This document shows, one piece after another, positions 1-7,787 of a stretch of 24,000 nucleotides of DNA. The stretch's first letter is position 1, and each line of letters starts with the position of its first letter. The notes under the pieces were generated by a model, which saw nothing but the letters and a program-made list of their open reading frames with translations, did no database searches and was not told the origin of the DNA. Made by a program: the position numbers and the translations under genes. The DNA is from an uncultured Haloplasmataceae bacterium (GTDB lineage: Bacteria; Bacillota_I; Bacilli_A; Haloplasmatales; Haloplasmataceae). The stretch covers positions 587 through 24,586 of the forward strand of contig CALFRW010000151.1 of assembly GCA_937919135.1 (NCBI GenBank), written 5' to 3'.

Positions 1-1
1 T

Positions 2-949
2 ACGCAAGAAGTTACCATCTTTAATACTGAAGGTAAAATGATAACTGATACAAGAAACCATCTTCGCCTAGCGCTACGTGTAATTGCTAGTAAAGGTGGT
101 ATTATGCAAAGTGCTAATGATTCAATAGGTCGTAATCAAGGTTTAGAGATTTTTGATAATAGTGATTTAGAAACGTTTGCAAAATCAGTTGCAAAAAGTG
201 CTATTACGATGTTAGAAGCTGATGAGATGGAAGGGCAAATGTTACCAGTTGTTATCCATAATGCTTTTGGTGGCGTGATTTTACATGAAGCATGTGGACA
301 TGCACTAGAGGCAACGAGTGTAGCGAAAGGAATATCAGTTTTTAGTGGTAAATTAGGCACAAAAATTGCTAGTGATATTGTAACCGCAGTAGATGACGGT
401 ACACTTCCTAATTATTGGGGTTCCGCTAATATTGATGATGAAGGTACAAAAACACAAAGAAATGTTTTGATTGAAAAGGGAATTTTAAAGAGTTATTTAG
501 TTGATAAACGAAATGCTCGAAAAATGAAATGTGATATAACTGCTTCATCAAGGCGGCAATCATATCGTTTTTCACCTACTTCAAGAATGACTAATACATT
601 TTTCACTAATGGTGATTCAACTTTTGAAGAAATTATTGAAAATACTAAATATGGTTTCTTTGCGAAAAAAATGGGCGGAGGATCAGTAAATACTAGCACT
701 GGTGAATTTAACTTTGCGGTAAATGAAGGTTATATGATTGAAAATGGAAAAATCACAAAACCTGTTCGAGGCGCTACTTTAGTAGGTAATGGGGCAGAAA
801 TCCTTAAAAAGGTCGACATGATAGCTAATAATTTATCTACAGGTCATGGTGTCTGTGGTTCAATTAGTGGTTCAATTCCTACAGATGTTGGTCAACCAAC
901 TATTAGATTAACAGGGATTACAGTAGGAGGAAGAGGAGGTAAGAAATAA
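2..949 (+). CDS. tldD: TldD-family metalloprotease, C-terminal part (5'-truncated by the window edge)
   Basis: The reading frame is open from nt 2 (TQEVTIFNTEGKM...), with no upstream stop inside the window. It carries the HExxxH-type motif ILHEACGHALEA and the Gly-rich C-terminus typical of the TldD/PmbA fold. Its stop overlaps the next gene's ATG (TAATG). Confidence 0.85.
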   Translation, partial: TQEVTIFNTEGKMITDTRNHLRLALRVIASKGGIMQSANDSIGRNQGLEIFDNSDLETFAKSVAKSAITMLEADEMEGQMLPVVIHNAFGGVILHEACGHALEATSVAKGISVFSGKLGTKIASDIVTAVDDGTLPNYWGSANIDDEGTKTQRNVLIEKGILKSYLVDKRNARKMKCDITASSRRQSYRFSPTSRMTNTFFTNGDSTFEEIIENTKYGFFAKKMGGGSVNTSTGEFNFAVNEGYMIENGKITKPVRGATLVGNGAEILKKVDMIANNLSTGHGVCGSISGSIPTDVGQPTIRLTGITVGGRGGKK

Positions 950-2280
950 TGAATTTTGATTTATTAATTGAAAAAGCAAAACAAGCAAATATTACGGAGA
1001 TTGAAATCTATTATCAACATTCTAAAGGTTTAAATATTAGTCTATTTAATGGTCAAGTTGACAAAAATGTCATGCATAATACAACTGGAATTGCGGTAAG
1101 AGGTATGTATAATGGACAGATGGGTTATGTTAGCTCTGAAAATTTAAGTGATGAAAATATCGAACTTATCATCAAGAAGTTAATTGATAATGCAAGTGTT
1201 TTAACTAGTAAAGAAAAGAGTTTTATCTTTTCAGGCTCAGAATCTTATCCAGAAATAAAGCAAACGAAAGCATTATTTTTAGCTATTAGCCCTCAAGAAA
1301 AAATTGATTTATTAAAAAAACTAGAGGCTAAAATAAAAGCAAAAGATCTTAGAATTACCAGTGTAGGTAATTGTATGTATCAAGAAGCAAAAGTGGAGAC
1401 TATTATCCAAAATTCAAAAGGTTTATATTTAGAAAAATCCAATAGTTATTGTTATGTTTATGCATCATGCGTTGCTAAAGATAATAGTGATGTTAAATCG
1501 GGTTTTGATTATTTAGTAGTCAATGATTTTAATGATATTGATATTGACAAATTAGCAACTAGTATAGCTAATAAAGCAGTGGGATTATTAAATGCTTCAC
1601 CTGTATTATCAAAGAAATATCCGCTAATTTTGGAAAATAAAGTTTTTGCTGATATACTCGGAGCTTTTCAACCAATGTTTTCGGGAGAGGCAGTATTAAA
1701 GAAATTAACTTTGTTAAAGGATAAATTAGGTGAACAAATTGTAAGTGATAAGATCACTTTGATTGATGATCCGTTATTTGAGGAGTCATTTCTCCAAAGT
1801 GCATTTGATGATGAAGGTGTAAGTTGTTATCAAAAAGAAATTATTAAGGATGGTAAACTGATCACATTCCTTCATAATTTAAAGACAGCTAATGCGTTAA
1901 ATACTAAGTCTACTGGAAATGGATTTAAAAATGGATTAAATTCTCCGCTTGGGGTTCATAGCTCTAATCTACACATTCAAAAAGGAGATACTAGCTTAGA
2001 TGATATGATAAAATCAATTGATGAAGGTTTATTAATTACTCAAGTAGCTGGCCTTCATTCAGGAGTTAATCCTGTATCAGGTGATTTTAGTTTACAAGCC
2101 ACTGGATATTTAATTGAGGCTAATAAAATTACGCGCCCAGTTTCACTTATTGTTATTGCGGGTAATTTCTTAGAGATGTTAAATAATGTAGAAGAAATTG
2201 GGGATGACTTAACCTTTTCGATCCAACAAATTGGTGCACCTTCAATTAAAATAAAAAGTTTACAAGTTTCAGGCATATAA
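949..2280 (+). CDS. pmbA: PmbA/TldE-family protein (partner of TldD)
   Basis: 443-aa ORF translationally coupled to tldD. It looks paralogous to the TldD/PmbA family (FDDEGV, GLHSGVNPVSGDFS) but lacks the HExxxH motif, as expected for the PmbA/TldE partner. Confidence 0.8.
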   Translation: MNFDLLIEKAKQANITEIEIYYQHSKGLNISLFNGQVDKNVMHNTTGIAVRGMYNGQMGYVSSENLSDENIELIIKKLIDNASVLTSKEKSFIFSGSESYPEIKQTKALFLAISPQEKIDLLKKLEAKIKAKDLRITSVGNCMYQEAKVETIIQNSKGLYLEKSNSYCYVYASCVAKDNSDVKSGFDYLVVNDFNDIDIDKLATSIANKAVGLLNASPVLSKKYPLILENKVFADILGAFQPMFSGEAVLKKLTLLKDKLGEQIVSDKITLIDDPLFEESFLQSAFDDEGVSCYQKEIIKDGKLITFLHNLKTANALNTKSTGNGFKNGLNSPLGVHSSNLHIQKGDTSLDDMIKSIDEGLLITQVAGLHSGVNPVSGDFSLQATGYLIEANKITRPVSLIVIAGNFLEMLNNVEEIGDDLTFSIQQIGAPSIKIKSLQVSGI

Positions 2281-2304
2281 GGTCTTTAGCTGAAACTAAA
2301 AAAA

Positions 2305-2345
2305 AGCCCATGAAAATCACAAGAAATGTGACTCGTGGGCTTTTT
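2305..2345. terminator. Bidirectional intrinsic terminator between pmbA (+) and the small repeat-protein gene (-)
   Basis: Stem AGCCCATGA (2305-2313) pairs with TCGTGGGCT (2333-2341), including one G-U pair. An inner TCAC/GTGA pairing extends it. An A-tract lies upstream and TTTTT downstream. Confidence 0.75.
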
Positions 2346-2361
2346 AACTACTAATTTAACG

Positions 2362-2619
2362 CTAATCCCAATAACGTCTTCTTCCCCATCCAGGTCTGCC
2401 CCATTGCGGACCCCAAGGATATTGTTGCCACCAAGGTCTACCCCAATATTGTTGCTGCCACCAAGGTCTACGTCCGTAAGGACTATAATAAGGCCTTCTA
2501 CCATAAAATGGTCTACCAAAATCAACGTTACCTAATCCAAAACCTAATGCAAAAGGAATAAAACGCTCATCTTCTTGGTTTGGATAATACATAGGATACT
2601 CGTATTCATTATAATACAT
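2362..2619 (-). CDS. Small (85 aa) Trp/Tyr/Gly/Arg/Pro-rich tandem-repeat protein, function unknown (possible spore coat or low-complexity structural protein)
   Basis: ATG is preceded by a strong SD (AAAGGAGAT, 8 nt spacer) and followed by the bidirectional terminator. The (Y/W)GR(R)P unit recurs about 7 times. By my count there are 9 Trp and 13 Tyr. The N-terminus is acidic and the C-terminus basic. Confidence 0.6.
   Translation of the reverse strand: MYYNEYEYPMYYPNQEDERFIPFALGFGLGNVDFGRPFYGRRPYYSPYGRRPWWQQQYWGRPWWQQYPWGPQWGRPGWGRRRYWD
2421..2471. repeat. Tandem coding repeat inside the small repeat-protein gene
   Basis: ATTGTTGCCACCAAGGTCTACC (2421-2442) is repeated as ATTGTTGCTGCCACCAAGGTCTACG (2447-2471). 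This encodes the GRPWWQQ(Q)Y units on the minus strand. Confidence 0.8.
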
Positions 2620-2794
2620 TATTCATATCTCCTTTAATTTATGTTCCATATTAAAATATGATAAACATACAATAATTGATTAGGCAAAAGTATATAATTA
2701 GCTATATTCAGAAAAAAATTAAATTAACTTGTGAAGTTTTTACTAATTTTATCATAAAGTATACAAGAAAACGCTTTCTTTTTTTAGGAATAAG

Positions 2795-2803
2795 TGTTAT
2801 AAT
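2795..2803 (+). promoter_or_regulatory. Extended -10 promoter element (TGtTATAAT) for the bcd-OFOR operon
   Basis: TGTTATAAT lies about 40 nt upstream of the bcd ATG. No convincing -35 was found, and no sigma-54 type -24/-12 element was seen. Confidence 0.4.
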
Positions 2804-2840
2804 ATTTTTGTATTTATAATAATATTTAGGGAGGAATACG

Positions 2841-3902
2841 ATGAAAAAATTCGATTACATGGCCAAATATGGTTATGAGCAACTAATTTATTTTTATGAC
2901 AAAGAAACGGGATTAAAGGGTATTACTGCAATTCACGATACAACTTTAGGTCCTGCTTTAGGTGGAACCCGTTTGTGGAATTATGCAACAGAAGAAGAAG
3001 CAGCAGAAGATGCATTAAGATTAGCTCGTGGTATGACATATAAGAACGCAGCAGCAGGACTTAATATTGGTGGTGGAAAAACGGTTTTAATTGGTGATGC
3101 TACAAAAGTTAAATCAGAAGCTTATTTCCGTGCCTTAGGTCGTTATGTGCAATCATTAAATGGTCGCTATATTACCGCAGAAGATGTTAATACAAGTGTT
3201 GAAGACATGGATTATGTAATGATGGAAACTGATTACGTCGTTGGTTTAAGAAAAACTTCTGGAGATCCATCTCCGTTTACGGCACTTGGTGTTTATGTCG
3301 GTATAAAAGCATCTTGTAAAGAAAAATTTGGTTCTGACTCTGTTAAAGGTTTAACTGTCGCAGTTCAAGGTGTTGGACACGTAGGATATTATGTTGTTAA
3401 GCATTTAGTTGAAGAAGGTGCTAATGTTATTATTAGTGACATTAATCAAGCTAATATTGATAAAGTTACTAGTGATTTTAAAGTTAAAGTTGTTAAAGCT
3501 GATGAGATTTACAGTGTTGATTGTGATGTTTACACCCCTTGTGCTTTAGGTGCAACGATTAATGATGAAACTATTCCTCAATTAAAATGTAAAATTGTCG
3601 CAGGATCAGCTAATAATGTCTTAAAAGAAGCACGTCATGGTGAAATTCTTCAAGAAAAAGGTATTCTTTATGCTCCAGACTATGTAATTAATGCTGGTGG
3701 CGTAATTAACGTTTATCAAGAAATGTTAGGATATGACATTAATGAAGCAACTAATAAAGTAAATAGTATTTACGATAAGTTATTAGAAGTTTATAAGATA
3801 GCTAGAGAAGAGAAGATTTCGACATCTATTGCTGCAGATAGAATGGCAGAAAAACGGATTGCTAAGATGAAAAATGTAAGAAGCAATTATATAAAACGAT
3901 AA
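2841..3902 (+). CDS. bcd: Leucine (Leu/Val/Phe-type) dehydrogenase, Glu/Leu/Phe/Val dehydrogenase family
   Basis: 353 aa with SD GGGAGG upstream. Motifs are typical of leucine dehydrogenases: [30 protein letters not shown] with the catalytic Lys region, and a Rossmann GVGHVG. Confidence 0.85.
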   Translation: MKKFDYMAKYGYEQLIYFYDKETGLKGITAIHDTTLGPALGGTRLWNYATEEEAAEDALRLARGMTYKNAAAGLNIGGGKTVLIGDATKVKSEAYFRALGRYVQSLNGRYITAEDVNTSVEDMDYVMMETDYVVGLRKTSGDPSPFTALGVYVGIKASCKEKFGSDSVKGLTVAVQGVGHVGYYVVKHLVEEGANVIISDINQANIDKVTSDFKVKVVKADEIYSVDCDVYTPCALGATINDETIPQLKCKIVAGSANNVLKEARHGEILQEKGILYAPDYVINAGGVINVYQEMLGYDINEATNKVNSIYDKLLEVYKIAREEKISTSIAADRMAEKRIAKMKNVRSNYIKR

Positions 3903-3917
3903 AGAAATAGGTTAATA

Positions 3918-4586
3918 ATGGATAATAAAATATACATCATTGTTGGACATTATGGAAGCGGAAAATCAGAGTTTTCCGTAAACTTTGCCAAAAAACTCAA
4001 TACTTTAAACAAATCAGTTTGTTTAGCGGATTTAGATATTGTAAATCCATACTTTAGATCCAGAGAGACAAGACTATCCCTAATTAACTTAGGGATAGAT
4101 GTCATTTCTGATACATTAGATTCTGTCAAAGGCTTAGACATGCCCTATATATCTCCTGCTATTAGAGGGCAAATTGCTTATAATAAGAAGACAATTATCC
4201 TTGATTGTGGAGGAGATAATGTAGGGACTAGGGTTTTAAAACAATTTGATGATTTAATTAAACAACGTGACTATGAAATGTACATGATTATTAATGTTTA
4301 TCGTCCTGAAACAAGTACTGTTGAACAAATTATTGATATGAAAAATAAAATGGAAGCTGAAAGTGGACTATTAATTACTGGTTATATCAATAATAGTAAT
4401 TTTTTACGTCAGACTACAGTTGATGATGTTATGAACGCTGATTCATTAATAAAAGAAGTTAGTAAAATAACTAGTGTACCGATTGTCTATGTATCCGCTT
4501 TAGAATCTATTTTAAACAAATTACCTAATGATATCAGTGGTGAAAAATTCGAGATTAATCTTTCACTTCGAAGTGATTGGTTGTAA
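3918..4586 (+). CDS. P-loop NTPase of the SIMIBI/G3E (UreG/HypB-like) type, function unknown
   Basis: Walker A is GHYGSGKS. The LADLDIVNPYF and ILDCGGDNVG segments parallel UreG's VTNDIYT and ESGGDNL. The NKxD specificity motif is replaced by INNSN. The gene sits inside the operon between bcd and the OFOR genes. Confidence 0.6.
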   Translation: MDNKIYIIVGHYGSGKSEFSVNFAKKLNTLNKSVCLADLDIVNPYFRSRETRLSLINLGIDVISDTLDSVKGLDMPYISPAIRGQIAYNKKTIILDCGGDNVGTRVLKQFDDLIKQRDYEMYMIINVYRPETSTVEQIIDMKNKMEAESGLLITGYINNSNFLRQTTVDDVMNADSLIKEVSKITSVPIVYVSALESILNKLPNDISGEKFEINLSLRSDWL

Positions 4587-4605
4587 ATCAAAGGGAGGTA
4601 AGAAT

Positions 4606-4821
4606 ATGGCAAAAGGCAGAATTATCGTTGATGTTGATAGATGTAAAGGATGCGGTCTATGTATTGAAGCTTGTCCTTACGATTTATTGGAACTATCTAC
4701 AGAAATCGTTAATAAAAAAGGTTATCAACCGATGAGAATTCATACACCAGAAAAATGTATAGGATGTGCAAGCTGTGCACTAATGTGCCCAGATGTCGTC
4801 ATAACTGTCGAGAGATTATAG
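4606..4821 (+). CDS. 2-oxoacid:ferredoxin oxidoreductase delta subunit (2x[4Fe-4S] ferredoxin)
   Basis: Two CxxCxxCxxxCP motifs (CKGCGLCIEACP, CIGCASCALMCP). I prefer the ATG at 4606, which has SD AAGGGAGGT, over the track start at 4528, which would overlap the upstream gene and lacks an SD. Confidence 0.85.
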   Translation: MAKGRIIVDVDRCKGCGLCIEACPYDLLELSTEIVNKKGYQPMRIHTPEKCIGCASCALMCPDVVITVERL

Positions 4822-4840
4822 TTAAGAAAGGAGAGATATC

Positions 4841-5905
4841 ATGGCTAAAGTAATGATGAAAGGGAATGAAGCTATGGCGCTTGCGGCTATCAAAGGCGGA
4901 TGTAAAGCGTTCTTCGGGTATCCAATTACTCCACAAAGTGAACTTCCAGAATATTTAGCAAAACATATGCATAAACATGGAGGAGTATTTCTTCAAGCAG
5001 AATCTGAAATTGCTGCTATCAATATGGTTTATGGAGCAAGTGGTGCAGGCGCAAGAGTAATGACCTCATCATCTTCACCTGGTATTGCATTAAAACAAGA
5101 AGGTATTACATATATGGCAGGAGCACAACTACCTGCAGTTATTATTAATGTTATGAGGGGGGGACCTGGCTTAGGTGGGATCCAACCTTCACAAGCTGAC
5201 TATAAACAAGTAACACGTGGTGGCGGAAATGGTGACTATTATGTTATCGCCTTTGCCCCTGAAGATTTGCAAGAAACGGTAAATATTATTAAAGAAGCTT
5301 TTGATGTTGCTGATCAATACCGTAATCCAGTAATGATTGCTGTTGACGGATTAATTGGACAAATGATGGAACCTGTAGATTTAGATATTGAAGTTCCAAA
5401 AAGAGAATTAGCTGAGAAAACATGGGCTACAATAGGTACTTACGGTAAACGTCCTCCTGTTAATATTAATTCATTGTTTTTAGATCCTCAAGGATTAGAA
5501 AATCATAGCTGGAATTTGGCAAAGAAATATAATACGATAAAAGAAAAAGAGCAACGTTATGAAATGGTAAACATGAAAGATGCAGAATTAGTAATCGTTG
5601 CTTATGGTACAATGTCAAGAATTGTACGTAGTGCGCTTGAAGAGTTAAATAAAGAAGGTATTAAAGTTGGATTATTACGTCCAATCACAATTTGGCCATT
5701 CCCAGAAAAAGCATTTAAAGAAATCCCTGAATCTGTAAAAGGTATTTTGACATGTGAATTGAGTACAGGTCAAATGATTGATGATGTTAAAATCGCAAAT
5801 AATGGTAAATTGCCAGTCGGTTTCTTTGGAAGAACTGGTGGTATGGTACCAGAGCCTGAAGAAATTATTAAAGCAGTAAAAGATATGTTAGGGGGGTTGA
5901 AATAA
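4841..5905 (+). CDS. 2-oxoacid:ferredoxin oxidoreductase alpha subunit (Vor/Kor/Oor type)
   Basis: 354 aa with SD AAGGAGAG upstream. The N-terminus MKGNEAMALAAIKGGCKAFFGYPITPQSE is typical of OFOR alpha subunits. Confidence 0.85.
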   Translation: MAKVMMKGNEAMALAAIKGGCKAFFGYPITPQSELPEYLAKHMHKHGGVFLQAESEIAAINMVYGASGAGARVMTSSSSPGIALKQEGITYMAGAQLPAVIINVMRGGPGLGGIQPSQADYKQVTRGGGNGDYYVIAFAPEDLQETVNIIKEAFDVADQYRNPVMIAVDGLIGQMMEPVDLDIEVPKRELAEKTWATIGTYGKRPPVNINSLFLDPQGLENHSWNLAKKYNTIKEKEQRYEMVNMKDAELVIVAYGTMSRIVRSALEELNKEGIKVGLLRPITIWPFPEKAFKEIPESVKGILTCELSTGQMIDDVKIANNGKLPVGFFGRTGGMVPEPEEIIKAVKDMLGGLK

Positions 5906-6657
5906 TGAGTAAAGTCGTATTTGAAAAAACAAAAGGCCTTACTAATAAGGAGTTTTCATACTGCCCTGGATGTACTCACGGGATTATCCATCGTTTAGTT
6001 GCTGAAGTTCTTGAAGAACTTGATATCTTAGATAGAACGATTGGTATTTCACCTGTTGGATGTTCAGTAACAAATTATGAATTTTTTAATTGTGATATGC
6101 AACAAGCTGCTCATGGTAGAGCACCAGCAGTAGCTACTGGTATAAAACGTGTGAGACCTGATAATATTGTCTTCTCTTATCAGGGCGATGGAGATTTAGC
6201 ATCAATTGGTACAGCTGAAATTGTTCATGCAGCACATCGTTCTGAAAATATTACTGTTATCTTCATTAATAATGGTATATATGGAATGACAGGTGGACAA
6301 ATGGCTCCTACAACATTAGTTGGTCAAAAGACTACAACATCACCATATGGTCGTGATGAGAAACATTGTGGTAAACCAATTAAAATTTCAGAGCTCTTAT
6401 CTGCTGTTCCAGGAGCTACTTTTATTGAGCGCGTATCAGTACATAATCCTGCTCATGTAAGAAAAGCTAAAAAAGCGATTAAAAAAGCATTTGAGGTTCA
6501 AATTGCTGGTAAAGGTTTCTCTTTAGTAGAATTTATCTCAACTTGTCCAGTTAACTGGGGCATGAAACCACAAGATGCATTAAATTGGGCTGAGGAAAAT
6601 ATGATTGCCTATTATCCACTTGGAAACTTTAGAACTCCAGAGGAGGATGATAAATAA
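5905..6657 (+). CDS. 2-oxoacid:ferredoxin oxidoreductase beta subunit (TPP-binding)
   Basis: Carries the CPGC cluster-ligand motif and the TPP-binding GDGD...NNGIYGMTGGQ motif. Its start overlaps the alpha stop (TAATG). Confidence 0.85.
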   Translation: MSKVVFEKTKGLTNKEFSYCPGCTHGIIHRLVAEVLEELDILDRTIGISPVGCSVTNYEFFNCDMQQAAHGRAPAVATGIKRVRPDNIVFSYQGDGDLASIGTAEIVHAAHRSENITVIFINNGIYGMTGGQMAPTTLVGQKTTTSPYGRDEKHCGKPIKISELLSAVPGATFIERVSVHNPAHVRKAKKAIKKAFEVQIAGKGFSLVEFISTCPVNWGMKPQDALNWAEENMIAYYPLGNFRTPEEDDK

Positions 6658-7208
6658 TGATGACTGAGAAAATTATTTGTGCTGGTTTTGGTGGCCAAGG
6701 TGTAATGCTTATGGGACAATTATTAGCTTATGCTGCAAATGATAATAATTTAAATACTTTATGGTATCCATCATATGGACCTGAGACTCGTGGTGGAACC
6801 GCGAATTGTTCAGTTACTATTTCGGAAGCAAAGGTTAATTCACCAGTTATTTCACAAGCTGACTCTGTCTTTATAATGAATAGTCCATCGCTTGACAAAT
6901 TTGAGTCAAAAGTAAAACCTGGTGGGAGAATTCTAATTAATTCTTCTTTAGCAGAGAAAAAGGTTGAACGTGATGACATTAATGCTTATTATATTCCGGT
7001 TAATGATATTGCCTATAAGTTAGGAAATCCTCGTGTAGCTAATATGATTATGATAGGTGCTTATATTCAATTAACGCAATTATTTGAAAAAGAAGAAATC
7101 CTGAAAATTTTAAGAAAATCTTTCGGAGAAGAGAAAGCACATTTAATACCTATCAATGACGAAGCTATTGAAGCTGGTAAAAAATATATCCAAGAAAACT
7201 ATAAATAA
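6657..7208 (+). CDS. 2-oxoacid:ferredoxin oxidoreductase gamma subunit
   Basis: 183 aa. The GFGGQGV motif and PSYGPETRGG are typical of the OFOR gamma domain. The start is coupled to the beta stop; the ATG at 6660 is also possible. Confidence 0.85.
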   Translation: MMTEKIICAGFGGQGVMLMGQLLAYAANDNNLNTLWYPSYGPETRGGTANCSVTISEAKVNSPVISQADSVFIMNSPSLDKFESKVKPGGRILINSSLAEKKVERDDINAYYIPVNDIAYKLGNPRVANMIMIGAYIQLTQLFEKEEILKILRKSFGEEKAHLIPINDEAIEAGKKYIQENYK

Positions 7209-7212
7209 TAAG

Positions 7213-7237
7213 AAAAGGACGTTAAACGTCCTTTTTC
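7213..7237 (+). terminator. Intrinsic terminator ending the bcd-OFOR operon
   Basis: AAAAGGACGT-TAA-ACGTCCTTTT forms a perfect hairpin followed by a T-run. Confidence 0.85.
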
Positions 7238-7296
7238 TTATGACATCTCACGTAGTTAAAACATACTATAATATATAAATACACTAGAGGTGAGAT

Positions 7297-7785
7297 ATGG
7301 AATATCAGTATATGCCCAATTTAGCGATCGCTAGATTACAGGGGAGTCCTAAATATCCAAATTTATATGGAGAGGTTTATTTTGAAGAAGTGCCTGATGG
7401 CGTAATGGTACATACTTACGTTACGGGTTTACCAAACTATCAAGCTGGAGACCCTCCAATTGGTCCACATGGATTTCATCTTCATGAAAATGGTGATTGT
7501 CTAGTAGGAAATGACACAGATCCTTTTCAAAATGCAGGTGGACATTGGAATCCGACTAATGAACCTCATGGAAATCATGCAGGTGATTTTCCGGTCCTGT
7601 TTTCGAATAATGGTATCGCTTATATGTCTTTTTTAACTAATAAATTTACTATTGAGCAGATTATTGGAAAAGCCGTAATAATTCATGAAAATCCTGACGA
7701 TTATCGGACACAGCCAGCTGGTGCTGCTGGTAAAAGAATAGCCTGTGGAGTAATTCAAATTATGAATGACCAAAGGATGTTTTAA
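7297..7785 (+). CDS. sodC: Cu/Zn superoxide dismutase family protein without a signal peptide
   Basis: SD GAGGTGA upstream. Ligand motifs are GFHLHENGDC, GGHWNP, PHGNHAGD, IIHENPDD and C-terminal IACGVI. There is no hydrophobic N-terminal leader or lipobox. Confidence 0.8.
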   Translation: MEYQYMPNLAIARLQGSPKYPNLYGEVYFEEVPDGVMVHTYVTGLPNYQAGDPPIGPHGFHLHENGDCLVGNDTDPFQNAGGHWNPTNEPHGNHAGDFPVLFSNNGIAYMSFLTNKFTIEQIIGKAVIIHENPDDYRTQPAGAAGKRIACGVIQIMNDQRMF

Positions 7786-7787
7786 TA

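Noticed and set aside
136-699. Antisense ORFs 136..360(-) and 493..699(-) inside tldD
   Set aside because: They lie fully inside a well-supported conserved CDS on the other strand. They have no SD and low-complexity translations, so they are shadow ORFs.
2400-2480. Direct repeats that might be taken for a mini CRISPR or satellite
   Set aside because: There are only two or three imperfect copies without spacers of unique sequence. They lie in-frame inside a coding sequence and encode the peptide repeat. No cas genes are present.
2286-2535. Alternative-frame ORFs 2286..2525(-) and 2335..2535(+) across the repeat region
   Set aside because: They are open only because of the CCA/CCN/TGG-rich tandem repeat. 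Both lack an SD and a plausible start context, and 2286..2525 would run through the terminator hairpin. The 2362..2619(-) frame has an SD, an ATG and a terminator.
2620-2840. Sigma-54 (-24 GG / -12 GC) promoter and BkdR-type control upstream of the leucine dehydrogenase operon
   Set aside because: I searched by eye for TGGCAC-N5-TTGCA-like elements. The only GGCA (in TTAGGCAAAAG) has no GC at the correct 10-nt offset. An extended -10 sigma-A-type element is present instead.
2055-4141. Antisense ORFs 2055..2276(-) and 3950..4141(-)
   Set aside because: They are embedded opposite pmbA and the P-loop NTPase gene, with no translation signals. They are shadow ORFs.
4528-4605. Upstream start (4528) for the ferredoxin delta subunit as given in the ORF track
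   Set aside because: It would overlap the preceding gene by 59 nt, has no SD, and adds a non-conserved N-terminus. The ATG at 4606 has a consensus AAGGGAGGT SD and gives the usual ~70-aa 2x[4Fe-4S] protein.
6728-6979. Antisense ORF 6728..6979(-)
   Set aside because: It lies opposite the conserved OFOR gamma subunit, with no SD. It is a shadow ORF.
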